From: Gemmatimonadales bacterium
Lineage (GTDB): Bacteria > Gemmatimonadota > Gemmatimonadetes > Gemmatimonadales > GWC2-71-9
DNA length: 36,302 nt
NCBI GenBank assembly: GCA_050732955.1
Contig: JBOHRY010000269.1
Span: 1 to 36,302 of the forward strand
Reading direction: 5' to 3'
Part shown: piece by piece, positions 29,636 to 35,771 of the stretch
How the letters are laid out: every line of letters starts with the position of its first letter
How positions within the stretch are numbered: position 1 is the first letter of the stretch
The notes under the pieces: generated by a model
The model's database searches: none
Told to the model about the DNA's origin: nothing
Seen by the model: the letters and a program-made list of their open reading frames with translations, nothing else
Program-made: the position numbers and the translations under genes

Positions 29636-29639
29636 TGCT

Positions 29640-30005
29640 GTGGCGCACCGGATCCTGATTTGCGATGACGCGATCTTCATGCGGACGATGATCGCCGACA
29701 TTCTGACCGGCGCCGGCTACGAAATCGCCGGCGAAGCGGAGAGTGGGTTGCAGGCGGTCGAGCGGTACAAGACGCTGAAGCCCGATCTCGTCACCATGGA
29801 TATCGTGATGCCGGACATGGGCGGCATCGACGCGGTCAAGGCGATCGTCGCGGTGGATGCCAAGGCCCGCATCCTGATGTGCAGCGCCATGGGTCAGCAG
29901 TCGCTGGTGGTCGAAGCGATCCAGGCGGGCGCCAAGGACTTCGTGGTCAAACCGTTTCAGCCGGCGCGGGTTCTCGAAGCCGTGCAACGCGTCCTGGGTG
30001 GATGA
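29640..30005 (+). CDS. cheY: CheY-like single-domain response regulator
   Basis: ILICDDAIFMR (acidic pair), DLVTMDIVMPDMGG (phospho-acceptor Asp), MCSAMG and KDFVVKPF (conserved Lys). Confidence 0.9.
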   Translation: MAHRILICDDAIFMRTMIADILTGAGYEIAGEAESGLQAVERYKTLKPDLVTMDIVMPDMGGIDAVKAIVAVDAKARILMCSAMGQQSLVVEAIQAGAKDFVVKPFQPARVLEAVQRVLGG

Positions 30006-31504
30006 CCGACGCCCGGCGCGCGCGTTACGTCGCCCTCTACTCGTCTGAGGCGCGATCGCTGCTGAGCACCGCGCGGCGCGCCCTGGAGCGATGGCAGGAG
30101 CGTCCCGCCGATTCCGAGGCCGGTGAGGAAATCTTCCGGGCGCTGCACACGGTGAAGGGAATGGCGGCGTCGCTCAACTTCACCGCGACCGCCGAGCTGG
30201 TTCACGCCACCGAGACGACGTTGAGCGACGTGCGGCGCGGTGGCGTCCGCGCCACGTCGCAGTGGCTCCGGGAGTTCGAGTCATCGCTCGACGCCATCGC
30301 GCTCTCGTCCGAGGCGGCGATCGTGGGCGCCGGGGGCACCGCTGCGACCGAGCCGGCGCGGCGAACCGGTCCGCGCATCGTTCGCGTCGATCTCGATCGT
30401 CTCGACGCGCTGCTCAGCGATCTCGGCGCGCTGGTGCTGGCGCGACAGGAGCTCGAACGCCGAGCGGAATCCGATCCGTTTTCGCCGATCGCGCACGCCG
30501 CGTGGCAGATGGCGGGCCGGCTGGACGCTCTGCAATCACGGATCCTCGACGTTCGGCTGGCGCCGCTCTCCGAGATCCTGGAGCGCATGCCGCCGCTGGT
30601 GCGGGATCTCGCGCGCCAGCTCCGGAAGGAGGTCACGATCGAAGTAACCGGCGAGTCGCTCGAAGTCGATCGTGCCATCCTTGATCAACTCGCCGATCCG
30701 CTGCTGCACCTGCTGCGCAACGCGGTGGATCACGGGCTCGAATCGCCGGAGGCGCGGCGCGCCGCAGGCAAGCGCAGCGCCGGCAAGATCGCGGTGTCCG
30801 CACGGCAGGATGGCGACGCCGTGGTGCTCGAAATCGCTGACGACGGCCGCGGGGTGGATCGCGAGCTGGTCGCCGAGCGCGCGCGAGCCATGGGGATCCT
30901 GGCGCCGGGCGCCGTGTTGAGTGACGATGGCCTGCTCGCGGTGCTGGAGCGGCCCGGGTTCAGCACGGCCGATCGCGTCACCGAGGTGTCGGGTCGCGGG
31001 GTCGGGCTCGATGTAGTGGTCGCGCGAATGCGCGAAGTCGGCGCCGCGCTCACGTTGACGACCGTCGTGGGTCATGGAACCGTCTTCAGCATTCGCCTGC
31101 CGACGAGGCTCGGTATCGTGCGGGCGCTGGTGACCGGGATTGGCGACGAGCGGTACGTCATGCCGATGACGCATGTGGTGGAACTGGTTGCCTGGCAATC
31201 CGACCTGGTGTCGCAGCGCGACGGTCGCGCGGTCCTGATGGTTCGCGACGAGGCGCTGCCGATCGTCGACCTGCGCCGGCTGCTGCAGTATCGCGGTGCC
31301 GAGCCGCCGGCACGGAGGCCGGCGGTCATCGTCGAGGCGAATGGCCAGCGAGTGGCACTCCTGGCGGATGCCGTGCTGGGTCAGGTCGACGCCGTCGTGC
31401 AGGCAATCGACCGGCCGAACGGGATGGCGCGATGGCTGACCGGTGCGACCGTTCTGGACGACGGCCGGCCGGCGTTGTTGATGGATCTGGCGAGCGTGGT
31501 GTAG
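30002..31504 (+). CDS. cheA: Chemotaxis histidine kinase CheA (P1-P3-P4-P5 architecture, apparently no P2)
   Basis: Hpt H-box FRALHTVKGMAASL; dimerisation segment IVRVDLDRLDALLSDLGALV; N-box LLHLLRNAVDHGLE; G1 DDGRGVD; G2 SGRGVGLDVV; C-terminal CheW-like domain. The start was set at ATG 30002 (ATGA overlap with the cheY stop). Confidence 0.9.
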   Translation: MTDARRARYVALYSSEARSLLSTARRALERWQERPADSEAGEEIFRALHTVKGMAASLNFTATAELVHATETTLSDVRRGGVRATSQWLREFESSLDAIALSSEAAIVGAGGTAATEPARRTGPRIVRVDLDRLDALLSDLGALVLARQELERRAESDPFSPIAHAAWQMAGRLDALQSRILDVRLAPLSEILERMPPLVRDLARQLRKEVTIEVTGESLEVDRAILDQLADPLLHLLRNAVDHGLESPEARRAAGKRSAGKIAVSARQDGDAVVLEIADDGRGVDRELVAERARAMGILAPGAVLSDDGLLAVLERPGFSTADRVTEVSGRGVGLDVVVARMREVGAALTLTTVVGHGTVFSIRLPTRLGIVRALVTGIGDERYVMPMTHVVELVAWQSDLVSQRDGRAVLMVRDEALPIVDLRRLLQYRGAEPPARRPAVIVEANGQRVALLADAVLGQVDAVVQAIDRPNGMARWLTGATVLDDGRPALLMDLASVV

Positions 31505-31515
31505 GGATCTCAACT

Positions 31516-31520
31516 GGAGG
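31516..31520 (+). promoter_or_regulatory. Shine-Dalgarno GGAGG, 4 nt upstream of the cheC ATG
   Basis: ctGGAGGcacgATG. Confidence 0.5.
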
Positions 31521-31524
31521 CACG

Positions 31525-32145
31525 ATGACCGCAGCGAACGACATTGACACCCTGCGCCACGATGGATTGCGCGAGGTCGCGACGATCGGTGCCGGACACG
31601 CGGCGACGGCGCTGTCGCAGCTCACCAATCGACGCATCATGATCTCGGTGCCGCACGTGCAGCGGATCCACTTCGGCGAGGTGCCCGACCTGGTCTCCGC
31701 GTTCGGTGATCACGTGGCGGTGGTAGCGATGCGGATGCTTGGCGATCTCACGGGGCGGGCGTTGCTGGTCTTCGAAGAATACGATGCGACGCGCCTTTGC
31801 GACCTGATCCTTCGCCGCCCCGCGGGTCCTCCGCGGGCCCTGGGCGAGCTGGAACAATCAGGCCTCAAGGAGGTCGGCAACATCGTGTGCTCGGCGTATC
31901 TCACCGCGCTGAGCAATTTCATGGGGATGATGTTGCTGCCGTCGGTCCCCGCGCTGACGATCGGTCCGACCGATCAGGCAATCGCATCCACGGTGGATCC
32001 TGCCGAAGCGCCAGGCGACCTGGTGTTCTGCGTGGACACGGCGTTTCGCGCCGAGGGCGCGGAGACACCGCTGACGGGAGCGTTCCTGCTGATGCCCGAC
32101 CAGGCATCGGTGCGCGCGATTCTCGAGGCGATCCGGCTCGACTGA
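31525..32145 (+). CDS. cheC: CheC-family CheY-P phosphatase
   Basis: 206 aa with two internal repeats. The second carries an intact E-x2-N-x22-P motif (LKEVGNIVCSAYLTALSNFMGMMLLPSVP). The first reads E-x2-T-x22-P (LREVATIGAGHAATALSQLTNRRIMISVP). Confidence 0.8.
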   Translation: MTAANDIDTLRHDGLREVATIGAGHAATALSQLTNRRIMISVPHVQRIHFGEVPDLVSAFGDHVAVVAMRMLGDLTGRALLVFEEYDATRLCDLILRRPAGPPRALGELEQSGLKEVGNIVCSAYLTALSNFMGMMLLPSVPALTIGPTDQAIASTVDPAEAPGDLVFCVDTAFRAEGAETPLTGAFLLMPDQASVRAILEAIRLD

Positions 32146-32146
32146 C

Positions 32147-33274
32147 ATGGGGTCCGTCGCCTCGGCGGTCGCGGCGCTCCGCCAACGACTCGGCCGCGCG
32201 GACGCCGCAGCGCTCAGCAACTTCGCCTGGTTCGCCGCGCGTCGCGGTGAGCACGACGCGGCGCTGGAAGCCGCACGGGCCGCGGTGGCGCTTCCCAATG
32301 CTCCGCGCGCCGCGTGGCGATCGCTCGAGCGGCTCGCGGCCGGACGTGTCGACGGAATGCTGCTTACCGCGGGGGGCATCGCGGCGGCGCCCTCGCCACG
32401 ACACGGCAATCCGCTCGCGACGGCGCACGTGGCGCACCGCGAACGGGAATTCGCGGTGGCCGAAGCCTGCTATCGCGCCGCGCTGGATGATGCCGCGCTC
32501 GCGCCGGCCGCGCTCAACGGCATGGGCGTGTTGCACGAGCAGCGGCGTGAACGCGCCGCTGCCGACGAAGCGTGGCGCGGTGCGATCGCTGCCGGCAGCA
32601 TCGCCGCGGTGCACAACCAGGCGCTGGCGCTCCTGCGGCGCGGATTGCCGCACCGCACGCGCGCCGTGCTGACGCCGTGGCTGACGCGCCCGGAGCCGGC
32701 AGCCTCGCTGCAATTCCTGGCCGGATACGCCGCACTCGTGGATGAGGATCCCGCGGCCGCGCTTCCGCTCCTCACCAAGTCGGTAGCGCTCGATCCGGAA
32801 TCGGCGCGGGCGCAATTCAGTCTCGGGCTCGCCTGCGAGCGGCTCGGCATGCACGCCGACGCGCTGGTCGCGATTCGTCGGGCGCTGCTCCTCTCGCCGT
32901 GGTACCAGCCCCAAGCCTGGCTGGTCGAGTCGGGACCGGATGGCCCGGCGGTGGAACTCCCGATGGATCCGGGAGAAGGCGGCCCGGCGACACAGACCGA
33001 CGACGTGCTCCTCTCGCTGGGTCGCTCGCTCCTGCAGACTGCTCATCTCGGCGAGGCGCTCGCGGTCTTCGACCAGGTGCTTGCGGGTCATCCCTCGCAG
33101 ACCGCCGCGCTCTTTCATCGCGGTGTGGTACTCGCCAAGCTCCGGCGATACGACGAGGCACTCGAAGACTGGGAGAGCGTCGGGCGCGTCGATCCCGGCA
33201 GCGAGATCGGCGACGCCAGCCGCCGCCACGCGCGGTCGGCGCGTCAACTCGCGTCCCTCTTCGCCGGGGCGTAG
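32147..33274 (+). CDS. TPR-repeat protein
   Basis: 375 aa with repeated Ala/Leu-rich TPR-like units (for example AEACYRAALDDAALAPAALNGMGVLHEQ, AQFSLGLACERLGMHADALVAIRRALLLSP, ALFHRGVVLAKLRRYDEALEDWESVGRVDP). The ATG is 1 nt after the cheC stop. Confidence 0.75.
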   Translation: MGSVASAVAALRQRLGRADAAALSNFAWFAARRGEHDAALEAARAAVALPNAPRAAWRSLERLAAGRVDGMLLTAGGIAAAPSPRHGNPLATAHVAHREREFAVAEACYRAALDDAALAPAALNGMGVLHEQRRERAAADEAWRGAIAAGSIAAVHNQALALLRRGLPHRTRAVLTPWLTRPEPAASLQFLAGYAALVDEDPAAALPLLTKSVALDPESARAQFSLGLACERLGMHADALVAIRRALLLSPWYQPQAWLVESGPDGPAVELPMDPGEGGPATQTDDVLLSLGRSLLQTAHLGEALAVFDQVLAGHPSQTAALFHRGVVLAKLRRYDEALEDWESVGRVDPGSEIGDASRRHARSARQLASLFAGA

Positions 33275-33276
33275 CG

Positions 33277-34203
33277 ATGCACGGACCGTTGAGCGAAATC
33301 GGCCTGATCGAAGTGTTGCAGCTGCTCGAGCGTGGCCGACGGAGCGGCGCGCTGCACGTCACCGGCGGCGTACCGGAGCGCACCGCGTCCGTGCACCTCC
33401 GCGACGGCGGGATCGTCGCCGTCGACCCCGATGCCGGCGACGATGCGCTGCGTTCGGCTCTGGTCGGCCGATATCTCGCCAGCGAAAGCGAATCGCAGAA
33501 CGATTCCGGGTTGCTCGCCCGCGAGGATGCCACAGCGCTTCGCGAGGAACTCGCCTTGCACGCGCTCGGGACGATGCTGCATTGGCGGGCGGGGCGGTTC
33601 GACTTTCGGTCCAGCAACATTTCCGGTGGTCCGCTGTCGATCTCGCCGGATGCGCTGGTGTTTCAGCTGGTGGAGTCGGAAACACGCCGAGTCGAGCTTT
33701 CCGACGCCACCGTCGGATTCCGCGTCATCCCTGCGTTCGCTGCACCGGAAATCGTGACGCGGGGGGATCCGCCGGCGCTGACACCGCGGGATTGGCGGGT
33801 GCTCGACGTGGTGGATGGCACCCGCGACATCGCGGGCATTGCCGCGGTGCTGGGCGAACCGCTCGAGGACATCGCGGCCCGGGTCCAGTGGCTGGAGGCC
33901 GCCGCTATACTTGAACTCAACCGGCCCGGTCCCGATCTGACCGTCGTGGTGCGTTCGGCGATCGAGGCCGGCCGCTACAACGAGGCCGCCCAGTTGCTTC
34001 AGGTTCGCCTGGCGTCGTATCCGGCGGACGCCGACGCATGGCGTGTGCTCGGTCTGGCCGAGGTCGGAGCGGGTCGCTTCGAGCGCGCGATCGAGGCCTG
34101 GCAAAGCTGGCGTGCCAGCGATCCCGAGCACGCGGGCGATGCGGTGGAACTGATGCAGGCGGCTCGTACCATGGTGGAGGCTCTCCGCGACTCCCGTGAC
34201 TGA
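33277..34203 (+). CDS. PATAN/DUF4388-domain protein with a C-terminal TPR-like region
   Basis: The N-terminus GPLSEIGLIEVLQLLERGRRSGALHVTGG....SVHLRDGGIVAV matches the DUF4388 opening (G.L....l.dvlQll......G.L.v.......i.f.dG.iv.A). The C-terminal part reads EAGRYNEAAQLLQVRLASYPADADAWRVLGLAEVGAGRFERAIEAWQ. The start was set at ATG 33277, 2 nt after the upstream stop; track start 32899 lies inside the previous gene. Confidence 0.72.
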   Translation: MHGPLSEIGLIEVLQLLERGRRSGALHVTGGVPERTASVHLRDGGIVAVDPDAGDDALRSALVGRYLASESESQNDSGLLAREDATALREELALHALGTMLHWRAGRFDFRSSNISGGPLSISPDALVFQLVESETRRVELSDATVGFRVIPAFAAPEIVTRGDPPALTPRDWRVLDVVDGTRDIAGIAAVLGEPLEDIAARVQWLEAAAILELNRPGPDLTVVVRSAIEAGRYNEAAQLLQVRLASYPADADAWRVLGLAEVGAGRFERAIEAWQSWRASDPEHAGDAVELMQAARTMVEALRDSRD

Positions 34204-34951
34204 CATCTCCATTCCCGCGGGATCCCCGTCACAGGGTCTGGCCTTTCTCGAACTTGGTGAGCGGTTGCGGCAGCGCGGACAGTTCGCCGCTGCGGCGACG
34301 GTGGCGCTCGCCGGACTCGCCCACTACCCGGCGGTCGCCGACGCCCATGACCTGCTGGCCCGCATTCGCGTCGATCAGGGCGACGACCCTGCGGCGATTG
34401 CGGCATGGCACGCCGCGCTGGAGTGCGATCCCCTGCACATCGGGGCGCGGAAAGGCCTCGCCTTTGTCGCATTCCGCGCCCGGGATTTCGTCACCGCCGA
34501 ACGACACCTCGAACTGGCGGCAATGCACGCGCCGCACGACACCAGCGTGCTCGCGGCGCTGGATCGGGTGCGTTCCGTCCAGCCGAATGCCGTGGCCGAA
34601 CCGGTGCCGCGGCTCACCGATCCCGGTAGTGGTTTGCTGCTGTACGACCTGCAAGGAATGCGTCTCGCCGGGGGACTCACCGATTCAGGCGACGAAGCGC
34701 TGGCGGACGCAGCCGCCGCCGAAGGCGCCGGTCTCACCCGGGAGACCGAACGCGCAGCGCGATTGCTCGGTCTGGGCCGCCCGCGCCACCTCCTGGTAGA
34801 AACGGCGCAAGCGCGAATCGCCATGGTCCCGGTGAGGTCCGACGCGGCGCTGCTGCTGCACCGCGGCGCCGCGATTCCGATCGGGCGCCTTCTGGCGCTG
34901 GTCAATCGCGCGGCACAAGCGGCGACGCAGTGGCTCGAGTCGATGCGATGA
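34196..34951 (+). CDS. TPR-like N-terminal domain fused to a C-terminal Roadblock/LC7-like domain
   Basis: N-terminal half: ELGERLRQRGQFAAAATVALAGLAHYPAVADAHDLLARI..GDDPAAIAAWHAALECDP. C-terminal half, Roadblock-like: GLLLYDLQGMRLAGGL....AAAEGAGLTRETERAARLLGLGRPRHLLVETAQARIAMVPVRSDAALLL. The GTG start is 8 nt inside the upstream 3' end. Confidence 0.65.
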   Translation: MTDISIPAGSPSQGLAFLELGERLRQRGQFAAAATVALAGLAHYPAVADAHDLLARIRVDQGDDPAAIAAWHAALECDPLHIGARKGLAFVAFRARDFVTAERHLELAAMHAPHDTSVLAALDRVRSVQPNAVAEPVPRLTDPGSGLLLYDLQGMRLAGGLTDSGDEALADAAAAEGAGLTRETERAARLLGLGRPRHLLVETAQARIAMVPVRSDAALLLHRGAAIPIGRLLALVNRAAQAATQWLESMR

Positions 34952-35301
34952 ATCGCAACGCCTGGCAGGAGGCGCTCCGCGAGCTCACCGGCGTTGGCGG
35001 TGTGCTCGGCGCGCTGGTCATCTCGGCGGACGATGGGCTCGTGGTCGAGGAGGCCGCCATCGACGATCTCGCCACCGCCGACGTCGCGGCTCTGTCGGCC
35101 GCGCTGGTTGCGCGCGCCGCACGTTGCACCGGAGCGATGCGAAGCGGACCGCCATCCAGTCTGCACCTCGTCGCCGAATCGGGCACACTCCTGGCCGTCG
35201 CCGGACCGCCCCCGCTCTGGCTCGTGGCCGTCGCGCGCCCGGATGCCGAAGTCGGCCGGTTACGGTTGCTGCTCCGCGATTTTGCCGGCGGACTCGCCTG
35301 A
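34948..35301 (+). CDS. Roadblock/LC7 domain protein (MglB/MglC-like)
   Basis: LRELTGVGGVLGALVISADDGLVVEEAA.......VAALSAALVARA......M..G...SLHLVAESGTLLAVAG.....LVAVARPDAEVGRLRLLLRDF is a classic Roadblock pattern. The ATG 34948 forms an ATGA overlap with the upstream stop; the alternative is GTG 34930. Confidence 0.8.
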   Translation: MNRNAWQEALRELTGVGGVLGALVISADDGLVVEEAAIDDLATADVAALSAALVARAARCTGAMRSGPPSSLHLVAESGTLLAVAGPPPLWLVAVARPDAEVGRLRLLLRDFAGGLA

Positions 35302-35771
35302 TGCGGGTGATCGAGCCGTGGGTGGCGGCACCGCTCACCGAGCTGCTCGGTGAATCAAGTGCGCGACTTGCCTTGATCATGACCAGCTCCGGACAGGTCA
35401 TCGGCCAGCATGGATTCACGCGTTCGCTGGACGTCATGGCGGCGGCCTCGCTGGGCGCGGGGATCCTCGCCACCACCGGTGAATTGGCGCGCACGGTCGG
35501 AGCGCCATCGGGGTTTGGTGCCGTGGTGCACCAGGGTGAGCGGCAGGGTGTGTGGCTCGCCGGTTTTGACACCCCGCGCGGGCGCTGGATCGCGCTGGTG
35601 GTGTTCGGACCCGAATCCTCGATCGGTCTGGTGCGACTCTTTTTCGCGCGATTCGCCGAACAGGTTGCCGCGGCCGCACCGCCACTCGCGCCGATGCGTG
35701 AGGTGCTGGCTGAAGGCTTCGAGCGCGAACTGGACCAGTCATTGCGCGCGCTCTTCGGAGCGAACACCTGA
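35301..35771 (+). CDS. Roadblock/LC7-like protein with a C-terminal helical extension (MglB-like, directly coupled to the GTPase gene)
   Basis: LLGESSARLALIMTSSGQVIGQHGF....DVMAAASLGAGILATTGELARTVG......VVHQGERQGVWLAGFDTPRGRWIALVVFGPESSIGLVRLF, followed by a tail of about 40 aa. The start was set at ATG 35301 (TGATG overlap); track start 35124 lies inside the previous gene. Its stop overlaps the GTPase ATG (TGATG at 35769-35773). Confidence 0.65.
   Translation: MRVIEPWVAAPLTELLGESSARLALIMTSSGQVIGQHGFTRSLDVMAAASLGAGILATTGELARTVGAPSGFGAVVHQGERQGVWLAGFDTPRGRWIALVVFGPESSIGLVRLFFARFAEQVAAAAPPLAPMREVLAEGFERELDQSLRALFGANT

Noticed and set aside
32899-33276. Over-extended longest-ORF starts in the track: 32899 (PATAN), 35124 (Roadblock), 29879 (cheA), 31432 (cheC), 20980 (DUF2723), 13944 (GNAT), 15136 (CDF), 17290 (hpt), 27458 (lspA), 28176 (rluD) and 23469 (yggS)
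   Set aside because: Each extension overlaps the 3' part of the preceding, well-supported gene in another frame. In each case an internal ATG or GTG sits exactly at the upstream stop (ATGA, GTGA or TGATG) or behind an RBS, and it matches where homology begins.
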